From positions 26,734,954-26,798,953 of the forward strand of contig CP154954.1 in assembly GCA_039621445.1 (NCBI GenBank): 64,000 nucleotides of DNA, given 5' to 3'. Positions 25,659-36,147 of this stretch are shown here, in pieces. The DNA comes from Euglena gracilis (taxonomy: Eukaryota). Within the stretch, counting starts at the first letter, position 1; each line of letters begins with the position of its first letter. A program made the translations under genes and the position numbers. Below the pieces are notes generated by a model. That model had not been told where the DNA came from and made no database searches. It worked only from the letters and a program-made list of their open reading frames with translations.

Positions 25659-25975
25659 CAGGGCGGTCCTTAAGCAAATAAAAAAAAAAACTCCGCTGTC
25701 CCAGCACACTCAGTGAAAAATTTACCGGAAAATGGGCAAATAAATTTTGGCATTTTTCAGCGAGAACAGGTCGACATCAGGAAAAAAAATTGATTCCTGG
25801 CACCCTTGGACCATCATCCATCCACCCAAATCATCAAAAACTGTGTTTTTCGACTTTTTAATTTTTGCCTTTTCCAAGTCCTAGTCCAGCCCTTGGTTGG
25901 CCCTTTGGCCGAAAGGGGGGCGGTCCTTAAGGAAATATAAAAAAAAAACTTTCCTGTCCCCTAAGGACCGCCCTG
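25659..25975. mobile_element. hAT-like MITE, CAGGGCGGTCCTTA family
   Basis: TIRs CAGGGCGGTCCTTA...TAAGGACCGCCCTG; perfect TSD TTGCTCAC. Related copies near 17076-17394 and 13200-13623. Confidence 0.88.
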
Positions 25976-28064
25976 TTGCTCACCTGCAGTGGACCAGTGG
26001 ACAGGGGGGGGGGGGAATGCGCTGGACGGCCCTCGGAAAAAAATGCGCAAAAATGCGCAAAAAAATGCGCAAAAAATGCGCTGAGTTTGTACATTCCTAA
26101 GGGAAAAAAGACTGAGAAAAATTTCCAACAATAAGCCCAAAATCAAACCAAAATTACCAAAAACAGCTGAAATGAAGGCATTTTTGGTTAAAAAAAAAAT
26201 GCACAAGCAAGGCGTCACCCTCTGTTCACCATAACCGACAATGTCAGCCATGGTGCCCCTCACTTGTGACCAGGGGAGTAGAATTCGATGTGGGGTCTCT
26301 GAAAACCCTTAGTGTCCTCATCATCATTGGATGAGTACCCACTCATCACCCAAGGGTTTTTTCTTGAGGCAGGTCCCTTGGGTGGTAAAAAAAGTGCGGA
26401 AATGGGTTCGTTGGTTATACAAATGGGTTAGTTGAACGTGGGCAAAATTCGGTGAGCATGTGGTTTGGTTGGTGTTGAAGAACGGTGTTGAAGAACACCA
26501 ATGTCGAGTTTGTTTTTGACATACGGACAATGTGGACAACATGGACAATAGGGGAAAAAATGGGATATACTTTTCAGCGCCGCAGGCGCCAAAAAAATGC
26601 TATTTTTAGCACTTTTCGCGATTTTGTGGGTCCCCCGGGACCCCCCCCCCGGCGGGGACCCCCCAGGGGGTGGGTGGGTGGGGGGGGAGCCCCCCCCCCC
26701 CCCCCCTTTTAAAAAAAGCCCCTGATGATGACCATGAATTGCCCACAAAAATTTAAAAAATGCTAAAAATTATTTTAAGAAGTAACTGCCTGAAATGGCA
26801 GAAATCCATCCAAAAATGGAAAAGTGTTGTGGTTTTGATTCAAGCTGCCCATATATGCAGAGCTTTTCTTTGCCAAAGATCATCACACTACATCACATCG
26901 CTATGTCTCTCCTTTCTAACATTGAGCGCGACAAACACTCAATGCGCTTCTTTGATCAGTGCATTTGTGATGGTCAAGATTTTTCCCAACCGTGAATGAA
27001 TGCGCAAACTCCAAAACCAGAAATTGGTATTTGGAAATGTCCAAGAACTCCTGTCTTTGATTTTTCTCTATACCACATGTTGGCGTTGGAGTTGTATTGT
27101 CCATTTACAACGATTTGTATTCGAAAAACGGCTCAAAACGGCTTGAAACGAACCAATGTAACTCATTTGTCAAAGGTTGGAATGAAGTGGGACAAATTCT
27201 GAGGTCAATGCGCTTTTGCAGCAATGACATTTCCATTTCAAACCATTCATTTCCGCTTTCTGAACCATTTTGGTCGGTTTTGGGGGGTTCCAACAAAATC
27301 ATTATTCATGACGCAGCATTTTGGACGGAGACTGCGTTTTAAGACACAGGCCTCATGCCTGAAGTCCGGCGGCGTAGACGCACACCCTGTCCTGAGTCCC
27401 TGCACCTAAGACGCGGACTTTAAGGGCAAAAGTGCAAAACACCCGATCCGTGTGCAAAAAATTTCGGAACGTAGGCAAATATTTTGAGATAAAATGCCAA
27501 ACATTTTTAAGACAAAATGTGAACAAATTTTTAACATGTGCAAACATTTTTGAGATAAAGTGCAAAATATTGACCGGAAGTGCAAAAAAATACGGTGTGG
27601 AGTGCGGAAAAATCGGGATGTGCGGCATTGAAAATCGATTAATCGATCACCGGACGAACGAACGATGATTGGGGGGGTCTTGACCGATTGATCGACTTTC
27701 GATTAATCGAACAACCCTGCCGGGAAACGGCGATTGGGGTGGATGCCGGGAAACAAAATGAGGAGGCGTAATGATGAGCGCTTCTCCCAGGAGACCAGGC
27801 ACCTGAGCCACCAGGCCCAGGCGAACGCTGCGGGGAGGTCGTAGATCGTCAACCCTGAGGCGTCTTGCAGGAGCAAGGGATCGTCAAAGCATGGGTGGGG
27901 GGGGGAGACCACGTTGATGCGGCCCGGCCAAGGGCAGCCTCCTTGGCCCAGAAATCGGCGGAGTCGTTCCCCACTGCCTTGGGATGACCGGTCTCAATGG
28001 CGGCCGTGTCATGCGCCCGCACCTTCTCCAGGAGTGGCGCCGTTGAGAGGGAGGAGGCTGCGGC

Positions 28065-28606
28065 CAGGCTTGTGCTTACCGACCGGGGGGGGAGGGGGGG
28101 GGGGGGTGCTATGGGGTGCCTGCCCCAAGAAGGCACACCCCCGGGGGGGGGGGGGGTCCGGGGGGACCCAGAAAATTCTCATTGAAAAAGGCCTTTTCCG
28201 GGCCAGGCTGTTTTTTTACCAACCCCGGGGGGGAGGGGGGGGTCCGGAGTGCTTTTGAGTGCCTGACCAGGCAGGCACTGGGGGGGGGGTCGGATTTTGG
28301 CCTGTGCCCAGGCACATTCCTTTGAAAATAGGCCATTTTTGGCTCCCCGCGCCTTTGGCGCCGGGTCTGTGCTAGGGCACTTGTGCTAGGCACTTGAGGT
28401 AGGGCCGTGTGCCCTACCCCCCCCCCCCCCGGGGGGGTCGGATCGGGAGTGCCTTGAAGTGCCTGCCCAGGCAGGCACCCCCCCCCCCTGGGGTGGGGTC
28501 GGCACCTGACTAAAATACAGCCTGTTCCGGGCCCCCGGCGCCTTTGGCACCTTTAGCCTTTAGCATCCCCTCCCGTGGGGTAGGCACCCGACTAAGCACA
28601 AGCCTG
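28065..28606. mobile_element. hAT-like MITE inserted in the LINE RNase H, itself containing a second MITE (28204-28524)
   Basis: Outer TIRs CAGGCTTGTGCTTA...TAAGCACAAGCCTG with TSD GCTGCGGC. Inner TIRs CAGGCTGT...ACAGCCTG with TSD TTCCGGGC. Duplicate at 32462-33008. Confidence 0.9.
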
Positions 28607-29334
28607 GCTGCGGCGATGATCTGGCGCACTACCGGGGGGGGGGGGGATTTCGTGCCAGAGAAATTTTGCGGCGACAAATTTCGCGGATGACAAATTTCGT
28701 GGGATTCCTTAAAAATGCCCGAAAATATTTTGCGGGATTTTTTTTCTGTGAAGCAAAAAAGGGAAGCCTTGAGCACCTGAAAGGAAATACACAGACAAAA
28801 ATTTCGCGGGATTCCTTAAAAATGTCTGGAAATATTTCGCGGGATTTGCTTCCGCGAAAATTGTCTGGCAAATTTTCTCTAGAGCAAAATTTTTGCCCCC
28901 CCCCCCCCGGTGGGGACATGAGGGGAGACTGGAGGACACACGGAAGGGAGAAGAGATTCCCCCCTGCCAGCGTTTGGAGGGAGGTCAGTAAGTCTGTCAA
29001 GATGTGCGGGGGGGGAGCCTCCGCCGCCGTGCGTAGGGCCACCAACTCGCAGAGGGTGGAGCTCAAGGGACCTGGAACAGAACAGGTGAGGGCAGACTCG
29101 GTGTCTGGGGCCCAGACCGCGGCTCCCCCGGAGGACGCTAAGGAGTCATCTGTGAAGACGGCACCCGGAGGGAGGAAGTCATTAACCGGCGTGAGGACAA
29201 TCTGTCCTGGGTAGGCCTGCTCGGGCAGAGGCGCGGCCAGGCTGCAGACCGGACGAGCGCAAGCCTGGTTGCGCACCACACGCCATCCCACTGCGAGGGC
29301 AGAGCGCAGAGCGGAGGATGTTTCTGCCCAGGTT

Positions 29335-29433
29335 TAGGATAATGACATTCGTGAAAAGTGGTCGGAAAGAAAAGGAAAAAAATCGTGAAATTTCGTGAAA
29401 TTTCAGGGGCCGGAAATTTCAGTCACCACCCTG
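29335..29433. mobile_element. 99-bp degenerate MITE
   Basis: Imperfect TIRs TAGGATAATGAC...GTCACCACCCTG; perfect 8-bp TSD CCCAGGTT. Confidence 0.65.
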
Positions 29434-29732
29434 CCCAGGTTGGGCCCGGGCAGGCGATTGCCCGGTGGACGAAGCCTGAGATGGCAAAGGTGTTGCCCAG
29501 GGTCTGGAGCCATACCAATTGCAGAAACCGCATGGGCGACCGGGTGTGCCACAGCAGATTCTCCCAACGGGCCCCCCACTGCCGCAGCGGGGAGCGCCAG
29601 GTGTTCAAGCGCAGGGGCTTGTGACCCATGGCCGCCACCCCGGCGGACATGAGCCGCTGGGGGGCCATCGGCTTGAGATCCCGGATCTGGTACACACCTG
29701 TGGGAGGACAGTGGCGCGCCACAGGAGGGAGC

Positions 29733-30130
29733 CATAGTGGGCACGCCTGTTTTTTTTGACGTTGTTTTTTTGTTTTTTTATTTCTAACAATGTTTTTTTT
29801 AAAAAAAACAAAAAACACGCCCACTAGGTTTTGCAGAGAAAATTTTTTGAATGTGTATTTTCGGTCATTTTTGGCAACTTTTGGGTCAGTTTTACCAAAA
29901 ACTACCTCCTGTAAAAAATGGAAAAAGTCATAAAATTGCATTTTTTTGCTTTTTTGGATGTTTTCGACCATTTTTGGCACTTTTGAACTGAGTAGGATTC
30001 AAAATATGGTTTGGGAGTTTCATAATGAGTTTTCTGAATGAAATCTCCCTTTTGCTTTTTGATGTTTTTTTAGTGGTTTTTTTTAAAAAAAACACGTTGT
30101 TTTGTTTTTTTTAAAAAAATGCCCACTATG
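29733..30130. mobile_element. MITE with CATAGTGGGCA termini (hAT- or P-like)
   Basis: Perfect 11-bp TIRs CATAGTGGGCA...TGCCCACTATG; perfect 8-bp TSD GAGGGAGC. Interrupts the LINE. Confidence 0.88.
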
Positions 30131-30847
30131 GAGGGAGCACAGGGAGGACGGCAGGGGGAGCCTTCAGCCTGCGCAGGGTCTCCAAGGCCTTGCCCAGGCG
30201 AGGGGCGAAGTGCACCTCCGAGGCCTGGGGCTCTGGCAAGCCCAGCTCCACACCGACAAAACGAAAACCTGAAGAGGAAACAATGTCCAGGTCGCCCAGC
30301 TGGAGGCATGCTCGGATGAGGGCCGTCATTTCTGTGGCCGAGGCGGCAATCAAGGCCACATCGTCCGCGAAGCTGATGGAGGGCAGTCGGATACCCGCCA
30401 CCGGCACGCCCATATCGCTGGCAGCCGCCCAGCGGTGGAAGGTCTCCAATAGAATATTGAGGAGATCCGGGCTGTGTTGTGCGCAGACCCTGGGGTCGGC
30501 CCACCACACGACCTCACCCCCCCCCAAAAACACACTGGAATTTTCTTGTGTGTTCAATCCACGCCACTCAAAGAACGAACATTTTGGGGAGGGGGGCAAA
30601 TCGAGAGTCGGTGAACACCCTATTTGTCTAAAGCCAACTGGGAGGCCTTGTGCAAGCAGCCAAAATGGCCAAAATGGATGGACACAGTTCAAAAAAGGTC
30701 AGAAAAATGACATAAAAGGCCCAGCATTTCCTAAACTTATTAAAAATATTTGAAAACATCCCAAAAAAATGATTGACGATCTGCCAGAAATTTGCCCAAA
30801 ATGAAGCCTCAATGGATTGAACACGACATCAAAAAATCCATGATGAC

Positions 30848-31127
30848 CAGGGGTTTTTTTAGTCGTGGACCCCCGGGGGGGGGGAGGGGGGGTGCATGGT
30901 GGGTGGGTCCGGCTGAGCCCCCCCCCCCGGGGGGGGGGGGGGTCCCCTTGGAGGGGGGTGGGATATACTTTTCAGCGCCGCAGGCGCCAAAAAAATTTCT
31001 ATTTTTAGCACTTTTCGCGATTTTCGGCCATTTTTTGTGGGTCCTCCGGGACCCCCCCCCCCGGGGGGACCCCCCAGGGGGTGGGTGGGTGGGGGGGACC
31101 CCCCCTGTTTTTAAAAAAAAACCCCTG
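30848..31127. mobile_element. hAT-like MITE, CAGGGGTTTTTTT family
   Basis: TIRs CAGGGGTTTTTTT...AAAAAAACCCCTG; perfect TSD ATGATGAC. Confidence 0.88.
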
Positions 31128-33977
31128 ATGATGACCATGGATTGACCCCAAAAATTCCAAAAATGCTAAAAATTATTGCAAAAAAAAACTGCCTGAAATG
31201 GCCAGCCAAAAAAGCAAAATATTTGGGGTTTTGATGCAAGCTGTCCACATATGCAGTGCTTTTCTTTGCCAAAAAATCATCACACTACATCACATCGCTA
31301 TGTCTCTCCTTTCTAACATTGAGCGCAACAAACACTCAATGCGCTTCTTTGAGCAGTGCATTTGTGATGGTCAAGATTTTTCCCAACCGTGAATGAATGC
31401 GCAAACTCCAAAACCAGAAATTGGTATTTGGAAATGTCCAAGAACTCCTGTCTTTGATTTTTCTCTATACCACATGTTGGCGTTGGAGTTGTATTGTCCA
31501 TTTACAACGATTTGTATTCGGAAAAACGGCTCAAAACGGCTTGAAACGAACCAATGTAACTCATTTGTCAAAGGTTGGAATGAAGTGGGACAAATTCTGA
31601 GGTCAATGCGCTTTTGCAGCAATGACATTTCCATTTCAAACCATTCATTTCCGCTTTCTGAACCATTTTGGTCGGTTTTGGGGGGTTCCAACAAAATCAT
31701 TATTCATGACGCAGCATTTTGGACGGAGACTGCGTTTTAAGACACAGGCCTCATGCCTGAAGTCCGGCGGCGTAGACGCACACCCTGTCCTGAGTCCCTG
31801 CACCTAAGACGCGGACTTTAAGGGCAAAAGTGCAAAACACCCGATCCGTGTGCAAAAAATTTCGGAACGTAGGCAAATATTTTGAGATAAAATGCCAAAC
31901 ATTTTTGAGACAAAATGTGAACAAATTTTTAACATGTGCAAACATTTTTGAGATAAAGTGCAAAATATTGACCGGAAGTGCAAAAAAATACGGTGTGGAG
32001 TGCGGAAAAATCGGGATGTGCGGCATTGAAAATCGATTAATCGATCACCGGACGAACGAACGATGATTGGGGGGGTCTTGACCGATTGATCGACTTTCGA
32101 TTAATCGAACAACCCTGCCGGGAAACGGCGATTGGGGTGGATGCCGGGAAACAAAATGAGGAGGCGTAATGATGAGCGCTTCTCCCAGGAGACCAGGCAC
32201 CTGAGCCACCAGGCCCAGGCGAACGCTGCGGGGAGGTCGTAGATCGTCAACCCTGAGGCGTCTTGCAGGAGCAAGGGATCGTCAAAGCATGGGGGGGGGA
32301 GGAGACCACGTTGATGCGGCCCGGCCAAGGGCAGCCTCCTTGGCCCAGAAATCGGCGGAGTCGTTCCCCACTGCCTTGGGATGACCGGTCTCAATGGCGG
32401 CCGTGTCATGCGCCCGCACCTTCTCCAGGAGTGGCGCCGTTGAGAGGGAGGAGGCTGCGGCCAGGCTTGTGCTTACCGACCGGGGGGGGGGGGGGGGGGG
32501 GGGGTGGGTGCTATGGGGTGCCTGCCCCAAGAAGGCACACCCCCGGGGGCGGGGGTGGGGGGTCCGGGGGGACCCAGAAAATTCTCATTGAAAAAGGCCT
32601 TTTCCGGGCCAGGCTGTTTTTTTACCAACCCCGGGGGGAGGGGGGGGTCCGGAGTGCTTTTGAGTGCCTGACCAGGCAGGCACTGGGGGGGGGTCGGATT
32701 TTGGCCTGTGCCCAGGCACATTCCTTTGAAAATAGGCCATTTTTGGCTCCCCGCGCCTTTGGCGCCGGGTCTGTGCTAGGGCACTTGTGCTAGGCACTTG
32801 AGGTAGGGCCGTGTGCCCTACCCCCCCCCCCCCGGGGGGGTCGGATCGGGAGTGCCTTGAAGTGCCTGCCCAGGCAGGCACCCCCCCCCCTGGGGTGGGG
32901 TCGGCACCTGACTAAAATACAGCCTGTTCCGGGCCCCCGGCGCCTTTGGCACCTTTAGCCTTTAGCATCCCCTCCCGTGGGGTAGGCACCCGACTAAGCA
33001 CAAGCCTGGCTGCGGCGATGATCTGGCGCACTACCGGGGGGGGGGGGATTTCGTGCCAGAGAAATTTTGCGGCGACAAATTTCGCGGATGACAAATTTCG
33101 TGGGATTCCTTAAAAATGCCCGAAAATATTTTGCGGGATTTTTTTTCTGTGAAGCAAAAAAGGGAAGCCTTGAGCACCTGAAAGGAAATACACAGACAAA
33201 AATTTCGCGGGATTCCTTAAAAATGTCTGGAAATATTTCGCGGGATTTGCTTCCGCGAAAATTGTCTGGCAAATTTTCTCTAGAGCAAAATTTTTGCCCC
33301 CCCCCGGTGGGGACATGAGGGGAGACTGGAGGACACACGGAAGGGAGAAGAGATTCCCCCCTGCCAGCGTTTGGAGGGAGGTCAGTAAGTCTGTCAAGAT
33401 GTGCGGGGGGGAGGCCTCCGCCGCCGTGCGTAGGGCCACCAACTCGCAGAGGGTGGAGCTCAAGGGACCTGGAACAGAACAGGTGAGGGCAGACTCGGTG
33501 TCTGGGGCCCAGACCGCGGCTCCCCCGGAGGACGCTAAGGAGTCATCTGTGAAGACGGCACCCGGAGGGAGGAAGTCATTAACCGGCGTGAGGACAATCT
33601 GTCCTGGGTAGGCCTGCTCGGGGCAGAGGCGCGGCCAGGCTGCAGACCGGACGAGCGCAAGCCTGGTTGCGCACCACACGCCATCCCACTGCGAGGGCAG
33701 AGCGCAGAGCGGAGGATGTTTCTGCCCAGGTTTAGGATAATGACATTCGTGAAAAGTGGTCGGAAAGAAAAGGAAAAAAATCGTGAAATTTCGTGAAATT
33801 TCAGGGGCCGGAAATTTCAGTCACCACCCTGCCCAGGTTGGGCCCGGGCAGGCGATTGCCCGGTGGACGAAGCCTGAGATGGCAAAGGTGTTGCCCAGGG
33901 TCTGGAGCCATACCAATTGCAGAAACCGCATGGGCGACCGGGTGTGCCACAGCAGATTCTCCCAACGGGCCCCCCAC
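30959..33977 (+). repeat. About 3-kb direct duplication, copy 2 (includes a second copy of the LINE RNase H remnant and its MITEs)
   Basis: Near-identical to 26561-29580 except for the first ~300 bp. Ends abruptly where the DIRS fragment starts. Confidence 0.92.
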
Positions 33978-33979
33978 GG

Positions 33980-34890
33980 CAACAAAAAAACTGCCACACC
34001 AGGCGGCCCCACTGGGGAGCCACAGCAGCAGATGCATTACAATGTCCACTGGACAAGATGGGGGATCTTTATGCAAACCCCCCCTGGTCTGTAATCCAAA
34101 AATTTCTCCCCGGATTAAAAATGCTTCCACAGGTCAAAAAATTGATGGTCAGCCCCTACTGAGATTCAGCCACATGGTGGCCCCAGTTAATAAAAATGAA
34201 AGCTCCAGGGACCCGCTGCCTGAAAATCACCCCCTACATGGGTATGTTCACAATTGCAGGGGGGAAAAAATGCCACCCCCCAGGTGGCCCCTGCTTTGCA
34301 TGAGTGCTCAGGCAAATTCTGGAGGGGAAACAAGTACAAAATTAAACCATTAACGATTTACTGGGAAGAAACCCCAGTTTAAAGCGTTATCAAAGCGCTT
34401 TTACGCTTTTTTATGGGTAATTTTGGACAAAATTACCCCCCCCCCCTGAAGCCACCACTGACCAAGTGGTTGACGCTTTAATTCAACTGTTTCAAATTTC
34501 AATGGCCCAAGCACGCAATGCATACAGTGCTATGCCATTGATCCCTGGCTTGGGAGGCCTGAGTTTCCATGCAATGTTGGCACCTTATAAAAGGCTTTGG
34601 AACCAAAATTTGGAGAAATATTGTGCATTCTGGGATCCCCTCCCAATCCTCCTGGGGCTGGCACAGTCCCCCCTGCCCTTTGATATATGTACATTGCGTA
34701 CACAACTCATTTTCTGTTCATGAATCCTCTGTTTATACAGAAATTCTGATTTGGCACAGGTCCAAAGAACCACCAGTTTATTGGAGGGGGGGCACCCTAC
34801 AACAAAATTAAACGTAAAGGTCAAAAACTCCACATGTGGGAGCGATTTGTCTCCATTCCCCAATGCCCCCAGATGAGTCCCTTTCATTTA
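33980..34890 (+). pseudogene. DIRS-type retrotransposon fragment: adenine-methyltransferase-like domain and N-terminal part of the tyrosine recombinase
   Basis: DLYANPPWSVI...TWWPQL...EKMPPPRWPL (MT-like), followed by RNAYSAMPLIPG...KYCAFWDPLPIL...CLYRNSDL (YR R-x-x-D-L motif). Contains stops and frameshifts. Confidence 0.75.
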
Positions 34891-35385
34891 ATGATGTCTC
34901 GGACTCCCACGACACAGGAAGGGGGAGGAAGGGACCAGGAGGGCGAAGCACAAGAAGATGGTGAGGTCCTGCTTTCCTTGCCGGCTTGTGCAGTCCTGCA
35001 GGGGCACCCCTTTGTGCAACAATTGGCCCACAAATGTCCTGAAGGCTGAGTCATATCTTTTGACATTTGCCAGATTTTTTATGTAAGTGTCGACACTGGA
35101 CATCGAAACTTTCTGGGATTGTAATATTTGCCTGACACAATCAAGCAGGCCAAATTACACCTTGGGGGGGGCATCTCCTCCCCCCAGCAATTGGTGAACA
35201 GACCCCACTGGGGGTGGTACCAGTAAAACTTTGCTGCCTGGCTGCCTGATTGACATCAATTGGCGCCACCAGGATGTCGAAGCCCAGTGGGGTACGATCA
35301 ACAGACAAGTCAGGTCTGGGTGTGTGCGGCAGACGGGAGATCCTACGGAGGTTGGTAGCCGGCGCGTAGTACCAAGCCGAGCATC

Positions 35386-35458
35386 GCTCGAGTAGCTTAT
35401 TCGGTAAGGTGCTGGGCTCACACGCGGGAGGTCGTGGGTTCGAGACCCAGGTCCCGCC
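35386..35458 (+). promoter_or_regulatory. tRNA-Val(CAC)-derived sequence (Pol III type 2 promoter) in the 5' LTR
   Basis: A box TAGCTTATTCGG (35393), anticodon loop CTCACAC, variable loop AGGTC and B box GGTTCGAGACC (35437), all at tRNA spacing. Acceptor and anticodon stems are degenerate. Confidence 0.8.
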
Positions 35459-36074
35459 GTGTGAGTCCTGGTCGATCCCGTACGGGCAGAGGGCATACCA
35501 CGGGGATCGACCGGGGCGCGTAACTGCGCCCAAGGACGAGACACTGGTTGGCCGGACCTTGGGTGTAGTTCCCCGCCTAAGGGCGTGCAACGGCAAGCAG
35601 TATGAGCTGCCCCGTGGCCGTCCAACGGCGGGTGGTGACAACCAACGTAAACATGGTAGCAGAGGAACCCGTCTAATGCCACACGAACCGGGAAATCACA
35701 GCCTGACCCCACGGCGCCCGGAAGGCGGAAGCGGACGCGCCGAGTCTAGGGCGACTGAAACTCCTACACCGTTCCAAAGTCTTAAGCCGATGCAAAGGAG
35801 GACGCTCCAAGGCGGCAGAGCCCGTGGAAGTCGACAACACGTAAACTGCCGGCAATAGCAAACCCGAGCTGCAGGGGTCGGCAGCCTGGTGACGCAGTAC
35901 TCGTGAGAAGCACTCAGCCAACTAGGGCCGTGTGAGGCATAACCCGAGCTGCAGGGGCCACGGCCATAGTGACGCAGTGGGCTAGTGTAGTCAGGCTCTT
36001 GGGAGGGAGTGTGTGCGGCAGACGGGAGATCCTACGGAGGTTGGTAGCCGGCGCGTAGTACCAAGCCTAGTATC

Positions 36075-36147
36075 GCTCGAGTAGCTTATTCGGTAAGGTG
36101 CTGGGCTCACACGCGGGAGGTCGTGGGTTCGAGACCCAGGTCCTGCC
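36075..36147 (+). promoter_or_regulatory. tRNA-Val(CAC)-derived sequence in the 3' LTR
   Basis: Same A and B boxes and anticodon loop as in the 5' LTR. Confidence 0.8.

Larger units (their letters stand above)
26561..29580 (+). repeat. About 3-kb direct duplication, copy 1
   Basis: Colinear with 30959-33977 (offset about 4398). Begins in the middle of a MITE. Confidence 0.92.
27720..30510 (-). mobile_element. Decayed non-LTR retrotransposon (LINE): RT and RNase H remnants, interrupted by MITEs
   Basis: RT motifs SPDLLNILLE...ISFADDVALIA (about 30330-30480). RNase H motifs VFTDDS...GAAVW...SSTLCELVAL...HILTD...EKVRAH...GNDSAD (about 27940-29170). Confidence 0.85.

Noticed and set aside
26880-27340. 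Transposase remnant
   Set aside because: Short ORFs in several frames with no recognisable DDE, BED-finger or hAT dimerisation motif.
35386-35458. Functional tRNA-Val(CAC) gene
   Set aside because: Acceptor and anticodon stems have several mismatches, no poly-T terminator follows, and the sequence lies within both LTRs of a TRIM.
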